Of a DNA stretch of 64,000 bases, positions 50,242-64,000 are shown in pieces. Within the stretch, counting starts at the first letter, position 1. Each line of letters begins with the position of its first letter. The notes below the pieces were generated by a model that saw only the letters and a program-made list of their open reading frames with translations, did no database searches and was not told the DNA's origin. A program made the position numbers and the translations under genes. Source of the stretch: Guillardia theta CCMP2712 (Eukaryota > Protista > Cryptophyta); contig NW_005434653.1 in NCBI RefSeq assembly GCF_000315625.1, positions 1 through 64,000 on the forward strand, written 5' to 3'.

Positions 50242-51299
50242 CTTTTTCGTTGTTTCATTCATTGCTGAAGTATAAGTTGGAAGCCGTAAGGGTTAAAGAA
50301 TTTACAGGATTGCAACCTGCAAACAAATCAGACAAACGAGACGAACATGCCAATTAACGCACCGGTGCAGCATAAGCTCCGCTATCACCCTGAAACTGAG
50401 GAGCAAGCCAGTCAATCTGCAAGTGCGTCAATTCACCGGCCATTGTCTTCATCCCCTTCCTACCCTTGGTCCGTTGTTGGTCATCGGAGCATCAGGGCAG
50501 ATAGTAACAGCACCCATGTCCTAACATGCAAGAGGTCAGAGTATGCAGGGGTAAGGCATCGTGTACCTCATCAGTGTTTCCAGTGGCAGCACATCCGAAA
50601 ACGCCGGATACAAATCCATAAGCAAGCTTTTGGGTGGGAGCAATCTGGAAACGTGTTTAACGATTGATGAAAATACATTGTTCATGAGAAAAAAATGCTC
50701 CTGCTGTGCTTCTTTCACAATAAAGTGCTAATATACGCGAACCAAATCTCTTACAACGATCTCAACTTGTGCGAATCACTCGGCCTTGAGCTTTACGCGC
50801 TCACTCAGAGATTCCGACTTGATCGTCTTCAATACTTGATAGAAACTTGTTCAACCATCATATAGTTGGTCTAATAGTATCATTGCTCTTGAGACAACTT
50901 CCGTCCCCTAGTACTTCAACCACTCTGTCATGTATGGCTGAACATCTGCACAGGCTGCTCTGTTCGAATTCTCTGACATACATGTCCTGCTATCTTGCCC
51001 TCTTGCCCTTGATCCTGAACCCTCTTCCTCTCTCTGCATTCGTTCTGCTCATTTGCCCGTTTTCCCCGCACGCACCTGGAACAGCATTGTCGCGCCTCTT
51101 CGCAGCGTCTTTCCACCTGACGGTTATTTCAGCTAAAACGGTCAATTGGCAGTTAGATGTAACGGCACTAATAATAATAAGAGGCAATTTCCCCGGAAAG
51201 TTTCAGGTCTAAAAGTTGAAGTTTAGAGGGTTTTTTAAGTTGAAGTTTGAAAGTTTCATCATGGCTCAGTAATGGACGGATCTGGAGCACGGGGGGGTA

Positions 51300-51380
51300 G
51301 GACAGGACAGGACAGGACAGGACAGGACAGGACAGGACAGGACAGGACAGGACAGGACAGGACAGGACAGGACAGGACAG
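51300..51380 (+). repeat. (GACAG)n microsatellite
   Basis: Direct reading. Confidence 0.95.
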
Positions 51381-51514
51381 GAGTCTCAGACGTCATAGGT
51401 GTTGACATATTGAATGGGTTTTGTGACCGGGCTGCGTCCAGGAAGTCACCCACCGTCAACATTCTGGGTGATCTTCACCTCCTCGTCCTCGTCATAGCTC
51501 TTTGTTCTTCCTCC

Positions 51515-54139
51515 ATGGCATCTGAAGAGCGGCAGGCGCCCACCAAGAAGCCGACGGGTGAGCTGGACCCTGAGAGAGAGGCTCCTTGCCGTTTGACCTG
51601 AGGGCAGGGAAGAGGAACGACCCTTCCAACAAGAGGCCGCAGGACAAGAACCGTTTCCTGCATCCTGCAGAAACCTCATGCTGGCAGGTCACCTGCCGTC
51701 TCCTGCAAGCGACTCCCTTACAGATGTGCAGAACGAGGTCAAGGAATGGACCTTCCATTACACGGAGAGGTTTCGAGTTGTTCCCCCCTACCGGTTCGAG
51801 TTCGGCACGTCGATCAAAGTCAGCCGGTGAGACTCTGTGAGGAGTCCACTGACAATGTGGATGCAGGCGAGATGGGTGGGAAGGCTGCTCCTGGAGGTGT
51901 TCTCGCAGGTCAGACGAGGAGGAGGAGGTGGAGGTGGCAGCAGAGGGCTGACTTGACCCCACCAGGAATTTCCGTACTTTGAGGACTCGCTGCAGTACTA
52001 CACCGAGGTGTGTGAAGAGGAGGAGGAGGAAAAGGAGGGAGAGGAAGAGGGAGGAGGAGGAGGAGGAGGAGGAGGAGGAGGAGGAGGAGGAGAAAACGAA
52101 GACGCGATAGATTGACTTGCCTTCAAGGCCATGGAGCTCGGCAGGCTGAGAGTGAACGACGAGAAGGCGAGCAAAGGTTAGTCATGATGGCCTCTTGATA
52201 CAGGTAGTCCAACATGAGCCTTGTAGATTACCGGTGTCGGGATGGAGATGTTATCACGCATCATGTCCATCGGCATGAGGTGNNNNNNNNNNNNNNNNNN
52301 NNNNNNNNNNNNNNNNNNNNNNNNNNNNNNNNNNNNNNNNNNNNNNNNNNNNNNNNNNNNNNNNNNNNNNNNNNNNNNNNNNTCTCCTTTCTTCGCCTCG
52401 GCTCGCCTCCGCCTCCTTCTCCTCCTCCTTCCCCCGCCATATCATTCTCTTTCTCTTTCTCTTTCTCTTTCTCTTTCTCTTTCTCCTCCTCCTCCTCCTC
52501 CTCCTCCTCCTCCTCCACTACCAACCCCAACCCTCTCTCCCATCGCCGCCGCTGCCACCACCACATCACCACTTCATCATCAGCATCAACATCATCATCG
52601 TTGTCAAGTCTCCTTAGCTCATGCGAACACATCACTATTCTTTCCCTTCAATCTTTCACTTCATCTGCTCATTTAATTTTGTTCGCCTTCAGCCGCCCGT
52701 CACGAGTGAAAAGATCGTGATCATCTCAGATAGCGATGGGATTTTGGCAGTGAACAAGCCCTCATCCATTCCCATCCATCCAGGCGGAAGGTCAGTCAAG
52801 TTCTGCTGAGATAAGGCCTCAGACGTCTTATCAGGTATCGCCGAAACTCGCTGCTCGCTATCCTTGCCAAGGTGAAGAACCTCCTGGTCGATGTCAGCGA
52901 CGATGATCGGGTAACGACAGGAGCACAACATGTTTGACCTCCATACGGTTCATCGTCTTGATCGTCTGACCTCTGGCCTCTTGCTTTTCGGTCCGTGCCT
53001 TTCGTCCCCGTCCGCTCTCGCTCAGTCTCCTTCCAGGTCGATCGAAGGCTGTCGCAGAGATGTTCCGGCGTGAGTTCGAGGACGGCAACGTGCAGAAGCA
53101 GTACCTCGCTCGAGTTGCCTGCCCTGCCTCTCTCCCCTCCTCTCACCTTCACCAGGTCCTCGGGCATGTGCCCCCGGGAACGACGCTGGTGGATCAGCCG
53201 TTGGCTTGCAAGAACCACCGGGAGGCCATACATGAGATCAGCTCCGACGTGAGTCGAACGCGGGAGGGGCTGGTGCTGATGACATGCCAGGGGAAACCTT
53301 CGCAGACTCGCGTCACGCTGCTGGCGACTGGTGTAGGCGAGCTGGAGGGACAGTCGCTGGTGCTGTGTGAGCCGTTGACCGGTCGAACTCATCAGATTCG
53401 CCTCCACCTGCAGTAGCTGAACAAGACGTCGGTCGCCCTGTGCTCACCATCGCCCAGGTGGCTCGGATGCCCCATCGCCAATGATCCGCTCTATGGCCCT
53501 GCTGGAGTCGGAAGCACGTCCACAGCAGAGCAGTCTGCTGATCCGCCAGGCGAGCATGAAGCGACTTGCTCTGTCGGAGAGGCAGACAGCCAAGACGCTG
53601 TGGGCAAGCGAGACCTTGACACTGCTCTACCTCGAACGAACAAGAAGAGAAGAACAGAGCTGGGCATCATCTCCGAGGTCTTTCTCCTCCATCTCTCTCC
53701 CCCCGCTCGCTCACCTGCAGCTCTGGCAGGAATCAGCTCGCCATGACGAGTCGTTGAACCTCGACGCCAACGGGTGGATGGATGCAGGAAGGACTTGAGG
53801 CTGAGGCAGAAACTCCGCTGACTGAGGTGGCTCGTGCAGACTGCATCCACTGCCGCGCTTGTCGTGCTGAGGGCTGCAAGGGATACTATGTTCCCCTCAA
53901 GAAGAAGGTGGGAAGGAGGGGGATGAGAATTAGTGACATCAACCCAGCATGATGACTCCAACGCCATGCTCATATGGCTTCATGCCTTGACAAACAAGGT
54001 GGCGAAAGGAGAGGAAGAGGACTGCGAATTTATGCTGATGCAGGGGGCGACGTGGAGCTTCAGGACTCCTTTCCCATCATGGGCCGAAGAGTTTGAAGGT
54101 GCTGGAAACTGTTTCAGGTTGATTGCAAACTCAATATGA
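51515..54139 (+). CDS. RluA-family pseudouridine synthase (RPUSD2/Rib2-like), multi-exon, N gap in an intron
   Basis: HVHRHE|PPV, AVNKPSSIPIHPGGR, VHRLDRLTSGLLLF, KQYLARV and TGRTHQIRLHLQ|WLGCPIANDPLYG. Confidence 0.92.
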
Positions 54140-54211
54140 TGAACAGAAGCATCGCAGTTGCTGTCAAAGATCGATAAGCTTGAACAGGCAAAATGAACTC
54201 TGGCATGCAAG

Positions 54212-54355
54212 ACTGGCATCCTTTATGATATCCTTTCTCTTGTTCCCTTTGGTTTCCTACTGGCATCCTTCTGATATCCTTTCTCTTCTTCCCTTTCGTT
54301 TCCTACTGGCATCCTTATGATATCCTTTCTCTTCTTCCCTTTCGTTTCCTACTGG
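54212..54355 (+). repeat. ~46-bp pyrimidine-rich tandem repeat x3
   Basis: ACTGGCATCCTT(T)ATGATATCCTTTCTCTT... units. Confidence 0.9.
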
Positions 54356-54776
54356 ATTTACTCCTGGCAACATGATCGTCCTACGGTCCTCGCCAAACTT
54401 GTTTCAGCAAACCTCCCCTGCCGCAGCATCGCTGTTGTTTCTCCTGCATTTGATCTTCGTCTTCCTGCTGCCAGCTGCGAGCGAGCAATCGCAGCTGCGC
54501 GAAGATGACCGCGTTTGCTGGCTTTCTACATAAGACTCGTGAGCTCTCCGGTTCCTTCCTAGTCGCTGACAGCAAGTCGAGAAGGAAAGCTCAAGGTGGC
54601 AGATAGAAAGGACAGAGAGAGTATAGTGCTGTATGGTAACTGAAATGCAACAGACCTCTTTGATTGTTGATCATCATTTTTAACTTAGGAATACAAGTAG
54701 TTATCATATGCAACATTTGGATCACTTAATCTTGCATTTACACATGTCACTGCTGCAAGGATTGTCGAGAGTAAAG

Positions 54777-55067
54777 TCAGTCTGGAGTAAATTTCAAAGG
54801 CTGGGAGGCAGTTGCGAACTCTGTGGATGACACGCTCGCGTGTTTGGCTCTTGCTAACTGAATGCTTCTGAGAAGAACCTTCCCTTCCCCGTCATCCACC
54901 GAAGGCCTTCTGCAAGATAGACGGCTGAGCGCTTGCGAGTTGAAATGTTGTCTTACGTAAGCCCGTTGGGTGTGATTGAGGTGAAAGGCTCTTGTCGGCC
55001 GTGAGGAAGTTGTCTGAGAGTCGCAGTGCTCCAGGAAGAGAATGTAGGATGAGGGTGCAGGAGACAT
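54777..55067 (-). CDS. Small orphan protein (96 aa), diverged paralog of 41007/41864
   Basis: SSYILFLE...RAFHLNHTQRAYV...DDGEGKVLLRSI aligns with ASFVLLNE...KAFRLNAAQQAYV...DDGKGELVLQSI. Confidence 0.6.
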   Translation of the reverse strand: MSPAPSSYILFLEHCDSQTTSSRPTRAFHLNHTQRAYVRQHFNSQALSRLSCRRPSVDDGEGKVLLRSIQLARAKHASVSSTEFATASQPLKFTPD

Positions 55068-55082
55068 TGGAAGACAATCCAA

Positions 55083-55230
55083 AGTTGCAACACCAACCAG
55101 AACGCAATGCTGTACGGTTGTTGAACACACAAGTGGCAACACCAATCAGAACGCAATGCTGTACGGTTGTTGAACACACAAGTTGCAACACTAATCAGAA
55201 CGCAATGCTGTACAGTTGTTGAACACACAA
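55083..55230 (+). repeat. 49-bp tandem repeat x3 immediately upstream of the small orphan gene
   Basis: Units start at 55083, 55132 and 55181. Confidence 0.93.
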
Positions 55231-58200
55231 CCTCCGGTACCTCGGATGACCAAGAGTAGCGGGAGCAACGGTACGAGATAGCACGAAAACAGCCACGTTG
55301 ATTGTTTCGAAACTTATTTTAAAAATGTCAGCATTGCCCAACCTAAGGGTGGGGTGGTTTTCATAGTCTGTGGCAGGGTACTTCGGACTGAGCAAGAAAT
55401 GTACTTCGAAGGGGGGTACGGTCGTCAGTGGGGAATGAGGGGGGTAGGGGGTGGCCGAAGCTGCGCCGTGACGCCAGTTGATTGGCCCAAGGGTCAGCAG
55501 GGGACGAGCCTCCGACCTCCGAAGCCTCCGAAGCCTCTGAGGAGCCCGGGATCAAGTTGCGGGCTCGCCGCGGCCGACCCGGACCCGGAGTCGACTCAGG
55601 AGTCGACTGAGCTCACTGAGTGGCACTCCGAAACTCAGGCTCCGATGGCCGGGCCGGGCGGCACGCGGCGGCGCGGCCTGCCGCAGTGCCGCAGCCTCCG
55701 AGACACACTGGCAGTCACTGAGTGCCCCGGCGACTCACTGTCAGCGCCGGCCCCCCCCGTCCCGCCCCTGACAGTGAGCCGGGCGCGCCGGGGCCCGGGC
55801 TGCCGCGGCGCGGGCCGCCGGCACTGCAGATGCCGCCTCAGTGGCCGCCGGGCGGCGGCGGGGGAGATGCCAGTTTGTGAGAAGAAGAACCACTGCGATC
55901 AAACGATCGAGGATGTCGGAACATTTCTATCCAACTAGGAGCATTTCACACCCCCGGCCCGAGGCTTCGATCACAGGATCAAGTTGACTGACCTTTAAAC
56001 ACAGGCCCTCTCAACAAGAACTAGCGCTGAAATTTCTCTACTGAGAGGAAAGCAGAGTGACAAGAAGGAGATCTATCTCTCTTTATCCTCACAGACAGAG
56101 CAATGTCAGAAACAATATGTGATTTGAATAAACTTAGCCTGAATGACCCGGCCCACCGGGGTTGTCTGACTGAGCGTAGTCTTATGTGCATCAAGTGTGG
56201 TAGACTTTGACCAACTCTGACGAAGTGACATGAGATTGTCCGGAGCAAGGGTAATACAGTGCATCAGTCCATTCACACGATAAGCGAGAGGACAGCTGAA
56301 TGCATATCGGTAGTATCTGTGGAATCATGTTTATGATAATGGATCATCATCATGCCCTAATGCACTCTTGCCATGCAGTCAACCGTAGGAGTGGCAGTAG
56401 GCAGCAAAGAGAGCAAAAAGAGTTCAACCTTGCATAACTTGCCATCACGCCATCGCATCCTAGTTGAGTTGTAGTTCAAACAGACAGGACATCATCATCG
56501 TGCTTACGAATACAGATTTCTCGACTACTTGGACCTGCTTTCCGAAGAACAAGAGCCTCGGACATGTTCTGATCACGCAGCTATCAATGCTTCAACAGAC
56601 TCTTACAATCGAGGTATTTATTCATAATCTCAGTACAAAATTGAAGATCAGTCGGTCCTGTGACTGACATGACACAGGCATGGAATGGATGCAAAGAAAG
56701 CAGCACCGTAAGCCAAAAGTTTAGTGTACAATCAAATCATTGATTCGAACAAAAATACAACAAGTGATAAAGTTGGCCACTCCACTTCACAAAGCAACCT
56801 CGATCCCCATGCAGTTGGTAATTGTCGCGTGATTTTGGATGAGATGAATAGCAGATCTGAGGCATCGTAGCTGCTTCTGCCGCGAAGGTCCCTCAAGGTC
56901 GAGGTCTAGTTTGCCTCTTCTACGCTGAGGTGAACTTCTTGCATCCTCGCTCGACCCCATCGAGGACATCCAGTCCAACACTCGTCCATCGTCCAAGACT
57001 TCAGTGTCAAGGGAAAACGATTCTTCAAAATCCCTTTGCGCCATGAAGTGATCTGTGGGAGGTAGTCGAGCCTTGACGCGCAATTCAAAGATGATGCCTG
57101 AGGGTAGAAGCAGCAGCAAGAGAAGCAGCAGCAGCAGCAGCAGCAGCAGGGACAAGGCAGCAGGGGCAAGAAGGCAGTAGAAGGAAGTGGAGGAAGAAAT
57201 AAAGATGAGGGGGGCAAGGGTTTCTCTATTTCACAGCTTAAAACCGCACAATCTTTACAGCTGTTGCAACCCTTTATTGAACTACCCCACCCCTCCTTCG
57301 ACAGAGAGACCGAGGGTGCATGAGGGGTACTGCTGCAAGGGGCTCGTTTGGGTCACAACTCAAATGATGAGTTACGGCAGATGACTTGAAGTCCCCCCCG
57401 GGCCCGCAAACCGTTTAGGTTATCGTCCGATGAGTGAAAAAGAACTGAAGTGACTGGTACTAAGGCACTGCCCTGTAACTTGAATCAGCCTGTCTCCAGG
57501 CACGGTACAGCATGACCGTGAAGGAGGCTGGTCACGCCGCCGGACACACCGTCCATGCGCTCGTACGGTCACGGCGCGCGGCGGCGACTCACAGCCGCTG
57601 AGCGGCGCCCGGGCCCGACTCCGTCGGACCGCCACTGTCAGCGGGCAGGCCGCCCGGGGGCCCGGGCCCGGGTCGGGCCCGCGGGGGAGGGGGGGGCGGT
57701 CATGATACCGGCGTACGGCAGTACGGTACGACGGTACGCCGGTCACTCCGTAGTACCGTCGCCGGCGCCCAAACTCGGGGATTCCCCCGCGGCCCGGGCG
57801 GCGAGCCTCCGAGTCATCCCCAGTTAGCCGCTACTACTACCGCCTGCCAGTCACGATGATGAACTGCCGCAGCCCCCCCGTAGTGCACTGAGCCGCCGCA
57901 GTGCACGGACTCATCCGGGAACTCGGAACTGCGGGCCGGCCCGGCCAGTTGACTCAGTGAGTTCGCCCGGACGGTTACGGTAGAACGGTAGTACTGAGCG
58001 TCACTACTACTAGAGTCAGTCACGGCACCGGGGGCTCAGTGAGCCTCGGCGGCGGCTCGCCGGGCGGCGCACACGAGCCTCTGAGGCCGCAGGATCTTGG
58101 TCTGCTGATCAAGTTGGTTGACGCCTAGTACTCTAGTAGTTCACAGTCTGCTACCGCAGTGTACAGACGTAGAACACTGAGTGGCAGAGTCAGAAATGAT

Positions 58201-58355
58201 TCCAATAGACTCGCTGAGCACTCGGGCCGGCGGCGGCGGTTCAGCTGCCGCCCTTCCGGGCACGGTTGGTATGAACTAACATTTATCACCGTGATCGATC
58301 ACCGGATCACACCAACTTAGTGGGTATGAATATGGATATCGATCACGCTAATGCT

Positions 58356-59585
58356 TCATCGTTCGTCTAGGTCTATTAGTCGCAGAAGGTTTAAAAGAGT
58401 CTGGACCTCCGCCACCCGTGCAGCATCGCCGAAATGATTTTCAGTGTCGCCAGTGATTCTGTTGCTTCCCTGAGAGCGATCGAGCAAGAGCTGCTCGTGA
58501 TCCAGCAGGTAGATGTTCAGCTTCCTCTTGGACCTGCCTCTCTCGCCGCAGCAAGCTTGCATAGCCCTTACGGCTCGATCAGCAGTCTGCCGTGAGACCC
58601 CAAACGAGGTGATGCTCGGAGAAGCTTTCCAGCTAGCGATCTTGGCACTTTCCCACACCGAACCATTCACGAAGAGCAGACTTTTTGCGATGTTGTTTAC
58701 GGCCCTGATAGCAGGAACAATGTTGCTCCCAGACGAATAGGGCGCAGTCCTCCATATCCCGTGCGGTGTCTTGCCCATACTGCACAAGTCACAGACCGCA
58801 GTCTGCAGGCAGAGGACGAATCTGTCTGGACACTCCCCGACGCATCGAGACCCGTGATCGATCACGTGATGCAGACCGTAACCCAACATGACCTGAGTGT
58901 ACGCCTCCCCCGCTCGACGGACCACATGGCATTTCCCTGGTCCGTGCACATACACACCCTCGTTCCAAAAGAAATGTAGAGAGCTGCTTCTATTGCGCTG
59001 CTTGTATTCTCTGTGCAGCTGGTCGTGCCATCCTGTGGACAGCTTGCTGTTAGCAATGCTGCGAAACCCTTTCTGACTTGAAAGCAAGACATCGAAAGTG
59101 TTTGTTAAACGACGAGTCAAAGAGTCCCCGTTAAGCGACAAGTGCTTTCCATTCATAATTTCATGTGCTTGACGCCAGTCAAACATTCGAAAACCGCATT
59201 TGAGGGGTGACTGAGACACAAACACATCTGCAAGCCAGTACCCCTTGGTGATGCTCGAGATACATGCTCGCACGTCATGATCCTGGAGCAATCTAGAGAA
59301 TGACTTTAACCCTGGACGCATCCAACTATTGGCCAGCAGAGTAGTCAACCTTGTCTTATCTAGAGGCAAGCTCTTATTCTGAGCCGATTCTGCATCGAGC
59401 ACCTCCGCTGCCATGGATGGAGATGAGCTATGTGACGTGTTTGATCCCGTCTGGTTGATCGGATACAGACGCGAGGAAGCCTCAGGCTCATGGAGAGCTG
59501 ACTCACCCTCACGGGGCCCTAGCCTCGCCATAACGATGACGCCAACGACTACTCCAGCCATGAATCCTACCCCGCTGCGCGCCAT
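58356..59585 (-). CDS. Intronless type II membrane protein, SGNH/PC-esterase (TBL/NXPE-like) acyl-esterase/transferase fold
   Basis: N-terminal TM (GFMAGVVVGVIVM), GKHLSLNGDSLTRRL, IWRT and a C-terminal GDTENH. Confidence 0.7.
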   Translation of the reverse strand: MARSGVGFMAGVVVGVIVMARLGPREGESALHEPEASSRLYPINQTGSNTSHSSSPSMAAEVLDAESAQNKSLPLDKTRLTTLLANSWMRPGLKSFSRLLQDHDVRACISSITKGYWLADVFVSQSPLKCGFRMFDWRQAHEIMNGKHLSLNGDSLTRRLTNTFDVLLSSQKGFRSIANSKLSTGWHDQLHREYKQRNRSSSLHFFWNEGVYVHGPGKCHVVRRAGEAYTQVMLGYGLHHVIDHGSRCVGECPDRFVLCLQTAVCDLCSMGKTPHGIWRTAPYSSGSNIVPAIRAVNNIAKSLLFVNGSVWESAKIASWKASPSITSFGVSRQTADRAVRAMQACCGERGRSKRKLNIYLLDHEQLLLDRSQGSNRITGDTENHFGDAARVAEVQTLLNLLRLIDLDER

Positions 59586-60281
59586 GAAGAGACCCAGTAG
59601 GGTTTAAAGTTGATAGGGAAACACCCCTCCTCAGTACGCTAACTACTACTAATAGTTACTACTACAGCAAAAATGAACAGCGTAGTGCCCACTTTAGTTA
59701 ACCATGAGGAAGGGGTTAAAAAGATTAGGTTACCCAGTTTAATTTTGATCGTTTAACTTGAAGAATGATCTAGGTTGGGGTGGACAGCAGTCGGCAGGAT
59801 TCGGTTTTGGTTCTCGCTGTCTTTTCTCTTCTCGCCGTTTGGCCGGGGCGGCCCTGTGACTGGCGGCGGCGACAGTGTCAGGGTCAAGCCTCCTCGACTC
59901 TCCTGATTGTCCTCGTACTGATTTTAACTTAACTTTGAGTAAAGGTGATCCGGAGGCTAGTTGAAGAATGATCTAGGTTAGGCTAGTGGCCCAGGCTCGG
60001 ATCACTGGGCCGATATCAACTTGGCTGGCAAGGTCACGCCGGGTGCTATGCCAGTCCGACCGTGGGTCTTTGTGGGTCACTAGTGACTCAGTCCGACTGT
60101 CCGATCAAACCGTCCGAACGGTCAGAGCCTGTGGCAAGTTCCGAAGTTGAACTTCAACGGCCAAGTTGGCCGCCGCCGGCCGGCAGTTGACCGGGCCGGC
60201 CGACCGGAAGTTCCGAGCGACCCGGGTACTGAAACGGGCAAATGCCGGAATTAGATCATGGAGGGCAGGAGGGAGGCGTTG

Positions 60282-61029
60282 GTAGAGGCGAGGGATAGTA
60301 GAGGCGAGGGATAGGAGAGGCGAGGGATAGGAGAGGCGAGGGATAGGAGAGGCGAGGGATAGTAGAGGCGAGGGATAGGAGAGGCGAGGGATAGTAGAGG
60401 CGAGGGATAGTAGAGGCGAGGGATAGTAGAGGCGAGGGATAGTAGAGGCGAGGGATAGTAGAGGCGAGGGAGGGATAGTAGAGGCGAGGGATAGGAGAGG
60501 CGAGGGATAGGATAGGCGAGGGATAGTAGAGGCGAGGGATAGTAGAGGCGAGGGATAGTAGAGGCGAGGGATAGTAGAGGCGAGGGATAGGATAGGCGAG
60601 GGATAGTAGAGGCGAGGGATAGTAGAGGCGAGGGATAGTAGAGGCGAGGGATAGTAGAGGCGAGGGATAGTAGAGGCGAGGGATAGTAGAGGCGAGGGAT
60701 AGTAGAGGCGAGGGATAGTAGAGGCGAGGGAGGGATAGTAGAGGCGAGGGATAGTAGAGGCGAGGGATAGTAGAGGCGAGGGATAGTAGAGGCGAGGGAT
60801 AGTAGAGGCGAGGGATAGGATAGGCGAGGGATAGGAGAGGCGAGGGATAGGAGAGGCGAGGGATAGGAGAGGCGAGGGATAGTAGAGGCGAGGGATAGTA
60901 GAGGCGAGGGATAGTAGAGGCGAGGGATAGTAGAGGCGAGGGATAGTAGAGGCGAGGGATAGTAGAGGCGAGGGATAGTAGAGGCGAGGGATAGTAGAGG
61001 CGAGGGATAGGAGAGACGAGGGATAGTAG
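60282..61029 (+). repeat. 16-bp minisatellite (TAGAGGCGAGGGATAG) ~47 copies
   Basis: Direct reading; variants TAGAGG/GAGAGG/GATAGG. Confidence 0.97.
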
Positions 61030-61099
61030 GTCAGGAAGGGGATCAGTTGCACCAGACTACTATCACCTTTCTAAATTGCCTCTGACATGAAGTGAGAAG

Positions 61100-63379
<2,280 letters not shown>

Positions 63380-64000
63380 ATGAGCGAGGGAGGAAAAAGG
63401 ATGAGGAGGAGGAGGAAAAGGTTGTGGTGGAGGGGACAAGGGAGAAGGAGGGGAGGAGTTGGAACAAGTTTCAAGTGGTTAGATGGCCGCGAGACGGGTC
63501 AGCTGTGATCGATGTGAATCGATAGGGGAGAGCGCGGAGTTGATGTGTCTGAATGAGATCAGGGGGAGCGAGGGAATGGACTTGCGGAGGATGAGCAGGA
63601 GGATGGAGCTGGTGGCGTTGGGGATGAAAGAGATTGAAACAGGAGGAGGAAGATCAAGAAGGAGAGGAGGACTGAGAGTACTCTGGATGTTTTATTAAAT
63701 CACAAGTGCCATTTGTCAGTCACTTTGATTGGCCCGCTCAAGCTCGCCTGCCACGAGGAGACTCAGAAGAGGAGAGGCGAACAAGAAGGCGACACGATCA
63801 ACATGAGGCAGGAGGTTCAGGAAGAAGAGTTGAGAGGTTAGCAGAATAAGACATACGAGGAGGGGGAGGAGGGGAGGAGGGGAGGAGGACGTACCTCCTT
63901 GGCCTTCTGCTTAGTCTGGAGATCTTTGAGCTCCTTCTCCTCTGTCTTAGCGAAGAGTGAATGCTTCCCCTGAAACTGCCGCATGAGCTGCGCCCGCTCC

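Noticed and set aside
50400-51190. Possible small multi-exon gene on the minus strand
   Set aside because: No consistent spliced frame or family could be established; the same applies to 56300-57200 and the partial exon at 63895-64000
55354-55938. 194-aa ORF (and similar ORFs at 21455-22135, 57420-57827)
   Set aside because: Chance open frames in GC-rich or repetitive non-coding islands
60105-61052. 315-aa repetitive ORF
   Set aside because: Translation artefact of a 16-bp minisatellite that lacks stops on the minus strand

Overview
Eukaryotic nuclear DNA from a chromosome end. It has (CCCTAAA)n telomere arrays at the left, many ~45-60 nt spliceosomal introns and microsatellite-filled introns. 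The style suggests a cryptophyte alga such as Guillardia theta, but that is inference only. The first 4.1 kb is a mosaic of telomeric repeats interrupted by three related pieces of one element. All three lie on the minus (G-rich) strand, and the two visible 3' ends share one register, one carrying an (ATA)7 tail. The element encodes an RRM-like ORF1-type protein with no visible reverse transcriptase, so it looks like a telomere-targeting non-LTR retroelement family. The subtelomere holds decaying or chimeric genes: an alpha/beta-hydrolase joined to a PCIF1 C-terminal fragment, a disrupted Patched/NPC1-family gene, and a truncated Fanzor1 (TnpB-like) relic followed by a candidate omegaRNA-like end and a MITE-like inverted repeat. 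Inward lie these genes: ankyrin/KOW protein, multi-EF-hand TKL kinase, large coiled-coil protein, ARM-repeat (RSP14-like) protein, M1/LTA4H aminopeptidase with a C-terminal membrane anchor, multi-TM RelA/SpoT-like nucleotidyltransferase, Cys-rich zinc finger, SDR, ACBP-ankyrin, RluA pseudouridine synthase and an SGNH/PC-esterase-like protein. A 497-bp near-perfect inverted duplication carries a small orphan gene, with a diverged third paralog 13 kb away. Several minisatellites are also present. Boundaries of intron-rich genes are approximate and family calls come from motif recognition by eye, not database searches.
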